From Ophelia neglecta (Eukaryota), in the NCBI GenBank assembly GCA_965285935.1, contig OZ260664.1:80786001-80850000 (forward strand): 64,000 nt of DNA. The letters run 5' to 3'. This document shows, piece after piece, positions 47,201 through 62,200 of this stretch; positions within the stretch are counted from its first letter, which is position 1; each line of letters begins with the position of its first letter. The notes beneath the pieces were generated by a model. That model saw only the letters and a list, made by a program, of their open reading frames with translations, searched no databases and was not told the origin of the DNA. The position numbers and the translations under genes were made by a program.

Positions 47201-50200
47201 AAACACTGACTTTTTCAAAAGTGACTCATTTTAGGTAAGGAAAGGAAATGCTTAATAATTCCTCTTGACTTGGTCATTTGGCCAGAGAAAACTCTTACTA
47301 GCATTAAGATAACAACCATGGACACCTTCTGGCACCCTATTGGCTGTTGGAGTCAGGCTGAAAAAAGTCCCCCTTTTTGAATTTTGCAAAGACCTGTTTT
47401 CAGGTTTTTGCAGACATGCAAAATGGAGAAAAAAATATCCCATTTTGGTAAAATTGGAAATTATAATGCCTGTCAATTTGCTCAGGAAGCAAAGGACCCT
47501 GTGAAATATTTCTATTTACTAGATATATATGGCGTAAAAATTTTGTTTCTTTCCGGCTCCCGACTGACCCTAGAATTTACCCGCGACCCTAAACTTTTTT
47601 CAGAACTTCATTCAATTTTCACCCGTGTTCTACTGGTAAAAACCTCAATGGACAGCAGATCTAAACATTCAAACAATTTCTGCCACTTTCATCTAAGTAC
47701 AATATGGTCCTCTGTTATAAACCAAAGAAATTTAAAAGACATTTATAACTCTTCCCACTGTGCCTTTTAGGAGTTGATACAGAATGCTGAAGATGCAGGT
47801 GCCTCCGAAGTAAGACTTCTATACGATGAACACAGTCATGGGACTCAAACTTTACACCATCCAGAGCTGGCAAAGTTTCAGGTGATGAATATATAAATTT
47901 GTTTCATATATCATTTAATGTCAAAGTGTTTTGGGATACACTTTATTAACATAATTATTTGAAGTTATTCCATGAAGTTAAATTTCACAGTTAAAGTCTT
48001 ATTGTCATAATGTCATTTTTTGCTGTTATGGTTCAGGGAAATATTTAAAGCACAGAGTTTGTTAGGGGTATTATTTTTCATGAGATAAATACATTTATTT
48101 TTGTGACCCTGTTATTATCCACAAGTCTAGTGAACCCAAATTTTAGCCTGTAGCCCAGGACTGGTTTTGTCCCCAAGCTTCACTTATGGAATCAAAATGT
48201 AACCCCTTACGACAACAAAAATCCCTTTATTGCATTTATGTGAAAGCATGATTATGTCTGCTATTAAAAAAAGGGCATCTTTTATTTATTCACATGTCAT
48301 GTCTTTGATGGCAGCAATTGCTGCTGGATGATACATTGCAAAGTAGTAACTTGCAGAAGGCCTACTGTCTTCGACAATGCCTTGAACATAAATACTTGAC
48401 TTATATATTAACATTCTCACTTCTCACTACCGAAACTTCTATGGGCGAGTTCAACAATAAGTTTGCTCTACTTGTTACAACTAGCATGTATTATATATTA
48501 GAGAGTTCTTCTTGAACACTGGTTTGCTCAGCATTTATTTCAAATTGGTTGAGGTCTGTGGCCTTAATGGCCTATGAACACTGGCTTGGTCATCATCTTT
48601 TTTTAAAGTGGGTTGAGCTTGGTGGCCTAGAGGACTTTTAATGATGATTGGGATGGAAGCCAAGAGGGCAAGGGCTTTGACTATTTGATTTTTGTTTACT
48701 GTTTTTTTAGGTATAAAAAAGTTGTAACAAGAAGAGTTTTGACATTTTCTTAGGAAGATTGCCATGCTTCAGAGCTCCATGGTAGTTACTATATTCTATT
48801 ATTCCTTTCCCAGGGACCAGCCTTGTATTCCTACAACAATGCCCTGTTCACTGAGAAAGACTGGACAGGGATCAGGATGCTCCAAGACAGTGTTAAAGAG
48901 AAGGACCCGATGAAAGTTGGGCGTTTCGGGCTTGGCTTTAAGTCAGTGTTACACATGACAGGTGTGCTTACCTTTTATGTACATATTCCAAATAAATTTT
49001 CTGCATCCTAAATCAATCTGAAAGTTAAGATGCCCATGATAAAGAGGTGATTATGTGTTCATCTTTTAAAGTGATAAAATGCTTTTACCTACCTTATAAT
49101 CATACACTGGCCATATGACCATATAAGTGTTGAAAGCCACATAAAACTCCTAACAACCAACCAACCAACATTTTACCTACCTTATAACAGGCGACACAGC
49201 ATAATGTATATTTTCTACCCTTCAAAATACATTTCAGACCTGCCAAGTGTTTTAAGTGGAGACAGAATTTTTGTGATAGACCCCCACGAGAAATATTTCC
49301 AGTTTCGTGGAGACAAAACCTCAGGATATAGCTGGCATCTTGGTCAGAAAAAGTCTGAGATACGCCGTCTTCCAGACCAGTTCAGTACTTTCAAAGGCAT
49401 ATTCAACAGCACAGATGAAACATTATACAATGGATATTACAAAGGAACATTATTCAGATTTCCTTTGAGACAATCGCCATCAGAATTATCATCGACGGTT
49501 TATAAGGGATCTCGCATGGAAGATTTGTTTTCTTCATTTGAGGCAGATGCACACTTGATATTAATTTTCCTGAAGAACCTAGAACGAGTAGAGACTAGTG
49601 TTAGGAGGCTTGGAAGCAAGGAGCAACTCAAGAGATTTGAAGTAAGGATTGCAGATCAATATTTGGACTATGTGAGAAGCAAGAGGAAAGAATTCACAGA
49701 GAAAGTGGAGCAAAGCTGTGTCTCGGGGACATCAGTCACTGTCACTTACCCTATTCACATCGAAACTGTCAGGTACAATGGGAATAAAGCAGACATTAAA
49801 ATATACAAATACTTGGTGAATGCATATTTTGCAGGGCAGCAAATGACAATTGAGCTTTCGACACTAGCCAAAGATCCTATATTGTCATTGGTTCCAATGG
49901 TTGGCACTGCAATGGAAATGGAAGGTGTAACCAAGAATAATGCAACAAAGGAATCAACAGAATCATTAAATGCTATTTCCCCAGAAGAAGAAGTACCCAA
50001 AGGACAGGTTTTCTGTTTTTTGCCACTGCCCGTAGAACAGAAAAGTTCCTCAGGGCTCCCAATCCATGTCAATGGATATTTTGCTGTGAGTCAGAATCGT
50101 AGGCACTTAAAATGGCCGTCTGCTGGCCAGAACACCAAAAGTGACAAATCTGTGTTATGGAACCAGTGCCTTTTGAAAGAAGTGGTCCCAAAGTCATATT

Positions 50201-53200
50201 TAGAACTACTCAGACAGGCAATTCATTTGTCAACCCGCAACCCTCAGCTCCTTGGCCCTGCAGATATATATGGAGCTATTCCCAACCTAGTTTTGGTAGA
50301 CGAGAAATGGCAAGGAGTTTTGGCACCACTCTTCACTCCACTGTTCTGCCTGCCCATGTTCTACACACCACTAGATCATGGAAAGTGGATTCCTATAGAA
50401 ATGTGCATATTTGATTGTCTAAAAGAAGATGAGTCAACCAAAAAGGCAAGTACTGATACAATAATAGGTTATCAATCTGATCATTGGTCAACAGGGACAG
50501 GTGTGGCATGATGAGGTAGGGGTCCCAGGTGTTGGGGATGCCAGGGCGGTAGTGGATCCCATCAAAGCAAGACCCCAAGAATATTAAATAGAGGTCTGTA
50601 GTAACAGACCTGTACTGTGCATCTGGCTGATTATGTCTAAATACTTATAGCATTCACGAGTTTTGGCCTTGTCTATTTGATATTGGACTCCTGTTTCAGT
50701 AAAAATACTTCTTAGAGGCTTAATGGTACCAGTAAAGGTTCAAAAAAATCCTAAACAAGAAAACCAATTTTGAACTTCAGTTTGACCCTGGCTTTCATAT
50801 TTTTGTATCTCATCGTCCTTGGTATTTAGGATACCGGTATACATGATCTATTTTATGATTTCACTGTAAGTATGTTTTATTCTGAGTGCTTGGATCCTAA
50901 GTAAGCCTGCAAATGCCAAAGTGTGTACTATCACATGTTAAATACCTGAACAGGTTTGAATAAGGGAATATGTCGGAAATTTAATGAAGTATAGGGTGGA
51001 ATAAAAGTATAGGCTGGAAATCTTGCAATGCTTATAGAATAATATAAGGTGGAATAATAGTATAGGGGAACTTTGTAATGTCTTGTTAAATGTTTTTTTA
51101 TACTTAAATGACAAGGCTGAAAGAAGATTATTTCATGGTTCTAATTTCTTTCCTGCCTCCTTACCGTTTACTGACCCAAAAACAGATTACATAAGCATTT
51201 TGCCTAGGCATGACCAGTAACTGGTCAATCTAGGACTACAGGTGCTGCTGTCGTCAGTAGGTTCTGGTGTCTAATAAGTTAAATTAGCTGATGTAAGCAC
51301 TATAAATTTAATAGCTCTACCTACTACTTAATTATTTCAGTTTTGCATATATAAGCTTACTGTATGTACTAGTGATAAATGGCAAAGAGGGTTAATAAAA
51401 GTAGAAGTGGGGGTAGGTTTGGGAAGAGATGGGGGGGGGGGGCAGGGGAGGGCAGGGAGGGGTTTAGAGGGATTGTTAGAGAATATATATATATACAGTG
51501 AAATCTGTGAGACCACCCTAGGCACTGGTAAATACTGGTCTGATTTTGGAGGTGACAGGTTATTACATTCCATGATTTCCACTGTTGTTGTCAAATAAAA
51601 TATTTTGGCAAGGGGAGGGGGGTCTCAGACTTTTGCAAAAAATTTGAGCAAACACTTTTTTTTGCTTTTCTCACCATTTCGTATGATTTCAAGTGTGTTT
51701 TGGCAAAAGTTTTTTGTGGTCTTTGGCGGGGGGGGGGGGGGGGGGTCTGTTTTGAGCAAATACATATTTTGGTGGGTGTTTGGGGGGGGGGGGTACCTAA
51801 CCTTGCTTTGAGTTTGCCAAAAGTGATTTCTTGACAGACATGGTACTATCCGTTTAAATTGGTGTGAGGCTTGTGTTTCTAAATGCCTTGATGGTTTTCT
51901 TCTGATGCTATCTAAATCAGATTCAGACACTATCAGTTCAGCTGCAATTTTACAGAACTTTTAATATAATGTATTTCAGGGTAATAACTAATGTGAGTGT
52001 GTGTTTCATTGATAGGTGATAACTCAGTGTCTACTGTCCAGTAGAGTTAATGTGGTATCGACTCCGGTCCACCTGCTCCATGCCCTGGGTGCATTCAGTC
52101 AATACTCACCAGAGATCATCAGTCCGAGCATTGTCAGGACTTCCCTCAGGTAAGACGGTCATTATCTACTTCCACATTACTGTTGATGTTCTTGGTGTTA
52201 TGGAAGACCAATTTGTTACATTTATTGCACATTTCTAACATATTAATATAAATATGTTTCAGGCAGATGGGTTAGAATCTTTATCCATTGTGTTTGTTGT
52301 TTGGGTGTTTAATAACATATATTGTTGTTGTGTTACATGTATATGTAATTAAAGATGTTCAAACCCACTTTCAGCTCCCATCCCCTGGTGTACTCCAGCC
52401 TACCACACTGTGACAAGCTGAACCTACTAAGATACATCCTGAAAGATGAGGATTTCAGGGAAATGCAGGGTATTAAACTATTGCCTTCAGCCAACAAGTC
52501 TTACCAAACTTTTCATCCAACCGCTGCCGGTGTTTACATTCCAACCCAAGACTGCCCGAGGTGTCTTCTATCAAATCTAGGAGAGTGTCTGGTTGCTGAT
52601 GACTTAGATGACCTACTTATGCTCAAGTTGTGCAGGCTAGCTGATGAAGGTAAGTTGGCCATCAACGGACAAAGGCAAAAATTGATTCAATTTACTTTTT
52701 GTATGCCAGGTTACTGTAATTTAACAATACAGCTGATGATGATGGCATGGCCTGGGGCTATACAGCAAGCAGTACAGTCTGGGGCATGCTTTTTTCATGA
52801 TATGGGAAAAAATGTTTTTATTCGTAATCAAGGTTATCACTTTACAGTTGATTTAATTTAACAGACCAAAAATTGAAATCCTGCAGAGCAGTGATAAATA
52901 GCAAATGCAACATAATTCATAGAATTGGGGGTTTTAATAAGAATCACATGTTTGCTTCAAAATTTGATACATGTAACTTTTTTGGTAATATTCGAATTTT
53001 AAATAAGTTTTGATTTTCTTTTTTGAAGCCATCTTCAATGATAATATATCACAATTGTTGTAATTTGTCACCAGGTTGTATGCAAGTACGACATCTGACA
53101 CCCCCAATTGTGGCTCAGTTGTTGCAAAGAATGATTCCTCAAGCTTGGCGAGGTCTAGAAATAGTAGAATGGGACCTCAGCCAATCAGATGACTCCTTGC

Positions 53201-56200
53201 CTCCAGTGGATTGGCTTGAACATTTATGGGACTTTCTACGCAAAGAGTACCCCTGTGACCTGTCTCTATTCCATGGCCTGCCAATCCTACCTCTGAACTC
53301 AGAGACTACGTTGAAGCTGATTCCTTTAACTGGTACCACACCCGCAGTATTAAAAAGTGCTATGGGAACTGATCTTGAAAAGGGATCACAGGAAATGCTA
53401 CAGCTCATTGGAGTATACATTGTTGAAGATTTGCCACAATATGCTAGAAATCATGCTGCAGTGCTAGGAAGTTATGTCAAGCTGCCTCTATCAGAAGATG
53501 TGTTGGATGTGATGCACTGTGTCTATTTAAGAAAGGGAAAGTCAGTCATAGACAGAATCAGAGCTCAGGCCTCAAGTGAGCAGAGATCATCTATATTGTC
53601 TGTGCTTTCGAAACTCAACCAAAGGCAGCTCACACAGCAGTATATCAAATTTCTTAGACAGCTGCCATTATTCAAATCATCTGGCAGTGAGGAGAACCAT
53701 CATGTATCGGTGAATGAGGTGAACGAGTCTGCTCCAGTTGAAGAACTACCATTTGCACCAGATAAAAAATTCTTAGATACCACAAATCCTGATCCAAAGA
53801 GAGTGGCTCAGATGTTAGGAGTTACATTTCTGAATGTGACCACACTGCTAAAAACTAACATTTTGAATGAAATACGACAAAGCAGATTAGGAAAAGACAA
53901 GGTTGAAATTGTTGCCAGTCATATATTTAACAACTTTCAACAGTACTCAAAAGAAGACCCTGAATTCTCTAGTCATCTGAGTAATGTGACCTTCATCAGC
54001 ACAGAGAAAGGTCGCCTGGAGAAGCCAAAGGAACTATGTGATCCTGAGAGTGAAATCATGATGAGAGTGTTCCAGAATGAAGATGTTTTCCCTGCAGAAC
54101 ATCATCGTGAACCTGATCGTCTGCTGATCTTAAGGAAGCTAGGTCTGAAATCAGAGAAGACATTAACACCAAAAGATCTCCTACAAAGTATAGTTCATAT
54201 TGAAGATATGGTTATGGCACAAGAGGATTATGAACAAATTGAAAGGAAGTCTATAGCTATTCTGAAGTTCTTGAGTTACAAACCAGATATGCTATTTGAA
54301 GAAGTGAATGGACAATTGCTGATGGAATGGGCTAACAATGTTACATGGATTCCGACCATGAGGGAGAGATGTCCGGCTTATCCAGAATCCTTACCGTGGG
54401 TATCAACTGATGCATTCAAGAAGGCCTCAGAAGTAAAGTCACAAGACCTGATTCCTCTGCTTGGCTCAGTGTACCCTGTCATTAAAGCGGATACGGGTCA
54501 GAAAATATCCGAGATTTTTGGTTGGGATAGTCCTCCCGATGTCAAAACAGTATTGAAACAGTTGCTCTGCATCGTACAAAGCTATACTTCTGAAGAGAAG
54601 CCTAAATTCCTTGCTCTTGTATTTGCTGTATATGATCATTTGTTCAAACTAGATCTTGGTGAAGTGGTAAAGGTGACACAACATGAAAAGTTGAATGAAT
54701 TTCTATGGCATGGTGACGGGTTCACGTCAGTAACTAAAATGGTATTGAAAAGACCTCTAGTTCACCTCCATCCATACCTGTATACACTGCCAACGGAAAT
54801 GAGACCCTTTGCAAAATTATATCATGCATTGGGAATTCCTGTGGAGTGTACACCCAAAATGATGATTAATGTTATCCATGAAATAAGTGAAAAGTATCTT
54901 AGAAAAGAAAAAGCTAACCAAGCTGGTGAACAAAGAAAACCAAAACCTGAATTGACTGATGACAATGTAGAGAGCAAACAAGATATGCAGTTGGTGATTG
55001 ATATTCTCAATCACCTTGTCGATTTCATCGATAGCATGCCTGCAGATTGTAGGCAGCATATATTAGTTCCAACCCAGGAGTCACCCGACATTGAATTGCG
55101 TCTGCTACCTGTGATAGAATGCACCTACTGTGATGTGGAATGGGTGAGGCAAGGTTTTGACCTCATGTCATTTGATGAACAAGATGGGATCACTTTCATC
55201 CATCCAAACCTGCCCACTGCCACCGCTGAGGCCTTAGAAGTGCCTACCCTAATGAGCAGGATGCTAAATGCTGAAGAGCTGGCTATTACAGGATTTGGCC
55301 AGTCTGAACCATTGACAAACAGATTGCACAGATTGCTAGAAGACTATACTGATGGTTTGGCAATTCCCAAAGAGATAATACAAAATGCGGATGATGCTTG
55401 TGCAACTGAAGTCAGATTTCTTTATGATGAAAGAACAAACTTGGATTGCATGAAATATCTGATTGATGTTGGCATGAAAGAGTGCCAAGGCCCTGCACTC
55501 TGGGCATATAACAACTCTGTTTTCACTGATGAAGACTTTGAAAACATAACCAAACTGGGAGGAGCAACCAAAGAACAAGATACTGAAAAAATTGGCAAGT
55601 TTGGACTGGGATTCAATGCAGTTTACAATGTCACAGATGTTCCAAGTTTTATTAGCAGAAACAACATTGTTTTCTTCGACCCTCATACAACTCATCTTGG
55701 GAAAGGAATTAAAGATCGAAGCAAACCAGGTATCAAAATAGACATGAGGCGTAATAGGACATTACTAAGAAAGCTACCCGACCAGTTTAAGCCATATGAT
55801 GGTGTTTTTGGCTGTTGTATTAACTCAGAGAATGAAGGATACTTTGATGGCACACTTTTCAGGTTGCCTCTGAGGACACAAAACCAGGCTAAAAAGAGTG
55901 AAATAAGCAGTATTCACTATAACAGACCTGAAGTAATGGAGCTGGTACAGATGCTGGCTCGCAGTGCTCACCAACTGCTACTCTTTACACAGAGTGTGCA
56001 AAAGATCACAGTAAACTACCTACCACCAGGGGGCGACCCAGCCAACTCTGTGGAGATTCTACTGGTGGAAAAGAAGGCAGAGAGAGTTCTTCGAGAGTTG
56101 AACTGTAAAATTCCCATGAAAAAGTCAATGGAAAAAAGTGAAGTCAAGCTCGTCCAGAATGCCGGAATTTTGAAAGCAGCAACAGCTTATATGAGAAAAA

Positions 56201-59200
56201 GAACACCAACCAAAAAAGCACGCAATACAGAGATTTTAGAATCACCAAAGAGTTCAATGATATTGGGAACACGAGTCATCACACCTGAGACTGCATCTGT
56301 GCTGGGCCTTCCTCCATCTGGAGGAGAGAAATATTGGCTTGTGAGCGCCTGCTTAGGTGAAGATGTGTCAATGTCTATTGCAAGTACCTCCAGAGAAGGG
56401 CTTGTGCCTGCAGCAGCCGTGGCAGTGGCACTTACTAAGTCTGATGATGGCTTTATTCCAGTCCCATTGTCAGACTCTGGCTGGAGTGGTCATGCATATT
56501 GCTACCTTCCTTTGCCAGTCACTACAGGCCTGCCTGTACATGTCAATGCACCATTTGCTATTCAGTCAAATAGGAGACAACTAAGTGAACTCACGGAGGA
56601 TGACAAACAGAATTCTCGTGTTGAATGGAATAATGCTCTAATGGATGACGCAGTTACCAAGGCCTACATACTCATGCTGCAAGACATGCGAGGCCTATTA
56701 CCTCCAGGTGTGGAGGTGAAGTTTTACAATGTATGGCCTGAGTATGACAGTACCGTAGAGTATTTTCACACATTAGTAGAGAGCTTCTACCGTGGGGTCG
56801 CTTCTCTGTTAGCCATACCCCTCTACCATGATGGTCAAAATTCAGTGTCTTTGGCCAATGCCGTTTTCCTGGATCCTGCCATGACCCAGTCCATCAAAAT
56901 AGGTCCCAAAGCAATGAAAGCGTTCACTTCAGTCAATCCCGAGCAAGCTGTGGTGGCTGTTCCCGCGGCAATTCTAAAAAGTTTTAAAGCAGCAGGCCTG
57001 GAAGAAGTCATCAGACACAAAACGTACAATATTGAGAGGTTTTATAAAGAAATATTCTTCCCGAATGTAAAATGTTTTGAAGATGAAGTGCGAGACTCTT
57101 TGCTTCTATATGCACTCTCCAAAAACAACCAAGAACTGGACAATATGTTGATGAATAGTAATTGTATCCCAACAACTCCTGATGGCAAAGTTTTGTCCAA
57201 GCCGGAAGACTTGATACATCCGACTGCACTAACATCAAAATTGTATTCACCAGAAGATGGACGGTTTCCTTATGGGAATGGGTTTAATAACGGAAATGTC
57301 CTGGGCGCACTACACAAACTTGGATTAAAAGTTAATGAGGTATCATGGTTTGATCTTGTAGAGAGAACAAACACAGTGGAAATACTGTACCAATTAGACA
57401 CAGCAGTGGGAAAAAAAAGACTGCTCAACATTCTTCTCTTCATGGACAGGAAACTTCTACAGAGCACCAAATATATGCAGAGCTATCAAGAGCTTAAGAA
57501 CGAGAGAGCTGATGATGGATATGATAATGCAAAGAAGGCTGTGCTGGAGGTACCGTTCTTAGCTGTTATGCCGAAGCCAGGAGAGTTTCCCCTTAAGTGG
57601 CGTGGAGATGATTTCCAAAGCAGCGAACTGATGTGCCCCAGCGAGTTGTATACAAAGGATATGCGGTATTTGGTGTCAGCAACGCAGCCTATTGTGGATG
57701 AAGAAAATATGACCGGGCGGGTTAAGGATTTCCTAGGTTTGTCCAAACACCAAGCTAGCATTGAGCAGGTAATGACGCAACTAGAACATGCCTTGAATGT
57801 CGACCCAGCTTCTCTGCCAGAAGAAAGCAAACAATTTGATGAGCTCCAAAGGATATTGTACGCTGTATACAATTTCATCCAAGATAGATGTGCCATTGAT
57901 CGGGAATTAGCGGAGACAGTTTCTGCTGTTTGGAGCACACGGCCTTGCATATTAGTTGGCAATGAATATCTGACAAGCAACAAGGTAGCACTCAATTTTC
58001 CCTATGAATGTGGTCCCTATTTATATGCTTTACCTCACGATTTAGCAAGACGATACAAAGCCCTAATGAAACTGCTTGGGGTAAAAGAGCAGTTTGATGT
58101 ACCAGATTATATGAATAGCATTCAGCAACTACAGAAGGAAAATGACAACCAACCTTTGCAAGGAAGGAACCTGGATCTTGGTGTACGGTTAGTTTCTCAG
58201 CTTAACAACCGCATGAAAATCAATAAACTGACTGCCGCTGAAGTGGAAGAACAGCACGGAACAATTTATGTGCCGAACACCAAGGGGGTGTTGAAGCCTT
58301 CTTCGTCTTTGTGCTACAATGATTGTCCATGGATTGGAGAAACTCAGACTATGAACTTCACCCATCCAGATTTGACTTTTCAGACGTCAGCATGTTTGGG
58401 AGTAAAGACAAAACGGCAAGAAGCCCTCAGCAAACATGCCATAGGCATTTCATTTGGCCAGAAGGAGAGGCTGACTAACAGTCTGAAAAGGATTCTGAAT
58501 AGCTACCCATGTGATCACGAGATATTGAAAGAGTTAATTCAGAATGCTGACGATGCAAAGGCAACACAAATCCATTTCATTCGTGACCCAAGACACCATT
58601 CTGAAACTCACGTGTTTGAAAATTCATGGAAACCACTTCAGGGCCCAGCACTGTGTGTCTACAATAACAGACCTTTTACCTTAAGCGACCTGGAAGGTAT
58701 TCAGCGACTAGGTGAGGGCAGCAAGACTCAAGACCCAAGCAAAACAGGGCAGTATGGTGTAGGGTTTAGTTCCGTTTATCATCTTACTGATGTGCCCTCT
58801 GTGCTAACCTCTGGCAAGGCTGTGGGGGGAAAGACGTTATGTGTCTTTGACCCTCATTGTCGGTATGTACCAGGCGCTACGCCATCAGAGCCAGGCATGA
58901 GATATCAAGATATTGATGACCTCAAGGCTGCTTTCCCAGATGTATTTGGTTGTTATCTGGAAGAACATCTCCAGGTCAAAGACTCCACTATATTTCGCTT
59001 CCCGCTACGGAACCAAGCCATGGCTGACTGCTCTCACATCTCCAAAACCCCTATCACATTGTCTAAAGTACAAGCGCTCCTAGACAATTTGAAAGATGAG
59101 CTGTTTGAGATTCTACTGTTCACCAACTACGTTGAAGAGATAAGTATTTCAGACATTGACCCAGGCACCGGAAAACTCTCAAAGACATATACTATCAAGG

Positions 59201-62200
59201 CGATGGTATCAGCAGAGCATCGAAAAATCAGGACGGAGATGGCAGAGATCATAAAAGGAGTGGCCCAAGATCTAAAAAATGGAGACGTAACCATTAACCA
59301 AGTCCCAGAAAAAGAAATCTCTTACACCGTGTTCATTACTGATACCAATGGTAACCAGGAAAAATGGGCAGTTTCTCAACGTCTTGGTTTTGTTGAAGAG
59401 CGTGCTGAATTACCAGAACAAGTCGTGAATGCCTTTAAGGATGGGGATCTGGCTCTGCTCCCACGAGGAGGTGCAGCTTGCCTTCTGGAAAGAAGAGTCC
59501 ATGGCAGGTTAGATTCGCCTGCAAGGCCTAGTAGAGTTTTCTGCTTTCTCCCACTTCCCATGCAGACAAACCTACCTGTTCACATCAACGGTCACTTTGC
59601 CCTAGGCTATGAGAATAGAAGACACCTGTGGTCAGATCTTAATAGTAGTGGGTACAAACGGGAATGGAACGACTTTTTGTGTCAGCATGTTATATCCCAG
59701 GCGTACATAGCATTGTTGAGATCAATTCGTATGCAAGGGATGGACACTGAAATGGAAAATGATGTTGCGAAAACGTCTTGCAGTCGACAAATTCTAGACA
59801 GCGCTCTCAAGGCATATGAAGCTTACTTTCCCGACTTCGGTGAGACCAATTTTGAGTGGGATCTCCTTGTCAAAGCCGTCTACAAAGTAATGGCGGTCCA
59901 GGAAGAGCCAGTGCTGCCAGCAGTACGTGAATGGCCAGCCGATCAAAAAAGTTCGCAACATTCAAATGCCATTCCCCAGTGGCAGGTCCTCTGGCTGCCA
60001 CCAAAAGGAGACGGTTCAAATAAAGCGTTCTTTAGTAAAATAGAAAAGGAAGACACAGATGAAACACATAGTTCTTTTCTTGGTAAATTTAAGAGCTGGT
60101 TTAAGACTGCACCTCAGTTATCTGAGAAATCAGATTCACAGATTCTCAAAGAGGTATTACTAGATTGTGGCTTTAAACTTCTGGAAGCAACACCTGTGAT
60201 TGTGGAAAACTTTCGTCGTTCTGGGGTAGATGTCGATTTTATGCAGCCAGAAGGTGTCGTTCTCTTTTTGCGCTCATATTCAACTGAAAAACCAATGTGT
60301 GATTTAGGAAAACTTCCTAGTTCTTTAGAATGTACTGTTTTCAAGGATGAGAAGACCCTTGGCATTGTTTTAAACTACTGCAAGTTGGACCCAGATTTCT
60401 TGCTCAAGTTAGATGGTCTTCCATTGTTGCTCACTCAAGATGGTATGGTGCGGGTGTTTGATAGTGAGAATCCTGTGTTCTACACAGAACATCACGATCT
60501 GGTTCCTGCCTGCTCCCACTCTTTTCTCGCAAGACCCATGATGCAAAGCATATTTAAAGAGGTTGAGCCTACTTCCTCAGTCGTATTCCAGCCTTTCACA
60601 ATCGAGAGTTTGGCTGCCATCATAGACCAAAAACTGCCTAGCAGTCAGTACTATCAAACAGGCGAAAGAGTCGAGTGGGTGAAGTCATTCAGCACTAATC
60701 CAAATGAAATCTGGATGAAAAGGTTGTGGACATTCCTAAAAGGTCAACTAAACAATGATCTTACCAACGACGAACTCGAGGGTGCCAGTAAAACAGCTGT
60801 CATTGGTGAGAGATTGAAACCACTACAAGATTGGTGTCTTATCCCTTGCCGTACGCCTACCAAGAGATATTTAGTACCAATTGGTGAAGGCTCCAATGTC
60901 ATTGATTTCCGCAATGGTGTTTCCAATTACAAATATTTTTCAATTCGAGATGTCCTTAGGAAGTTGAATTTAGCAGAAGTGGACACTGTTGTCATAAACA
61001 CTGATATTTCAACCAACACTGAAGCAGCAAGAGCATTGGTAACCACCCTGGATAAACCAGCTGCAGTCTTGAAGATGCTGCATGAAACGATCACAGCTGA
61101 AGGTTACAGCGTCAACTTAAACAAAGACGACTGTAGTAAGTTGTTGAAATACTTTGCTGAAAATGTTGATGGCTTGTTGCAATTTGAGGACAACATTGGT
61201 CGCCTGAGAGATCTTCCATTCTATGCAACCATCTATGGCGATATCATTAAACTCACTGATTGTTTGGTGTATATTCTGCCTGCCAAAATTCCGACGAATG
61301 GCATTGACGTATGGCAGAGCCGGGCTGGGACTGTGTTCTTGGAACGAAACGAATACTTGCAATCTCTGTATGATTATATGGGTTGTGCTAGTATCAGTAT
61401 CATCGATGTATACTGCAAATTCATATTCCAGCACTTTGAGTATTTTCCTCCAGAAGACCGAATGGTTCATTTACACCACGTTTATAGTCAGTATCTAAAA
61501 GATGGAGCAACAGACGGAAACATTTCTATGGAAGAAAGAGAGTCTCTAGTCGAGGCCCTAAAAGAACTCCCTTTTATAGAGGATGAAAATGGTGAGCTGC
61601 AGCCAGCTAGCAGCTTCTATGATCCTGAAAATGTAGTGTTTAGGATAATGCTTCCGGAAGACAAATTCCCACCAAGAGCCAATAAATTCTTCCGGGAGTC
61701 AGAGTGGTACACATTCCTAGGGAAGCTGGGGCTCATAAGGGAGGTTGGAAAGGACATGTATCTGCAATACACCAAACAAGTGGCCATGGAAGGCGTGGAC
61801 AGCAGAAGTGCCAGTGCCCTGACCAAATCCAAAGTCTTGGTGCAGCACTTGTATGGACTGACCAGTCAATCCAGAGATGCTATTTTGGCTGATATTGCAA
61901 CTGTGCCATTTATATCCCCGGAACCGGCCTCTAGAGAGCTAACTGAACTATACCCCCAACATGGAGACATAGGCAATGGCAAGCTGGCCTGTGTCTCTTT
62001 CAGGGAAAGCATCTCCAAAGAACACGAAAAATTAGTATGGACCAGGGCTAATCTACTGCCCAAATGGGCTGATCCTATGCAGCAAGACCGCCTGCCCTTG
62101 GATGAAAAAGTTTCCATTATGGAAAATCTTGAAATACAGAAAAGTCCCAGTCTCCACTTAGCGTCTGCACACTTTTTGACACTATGTGAACATTTGACAA

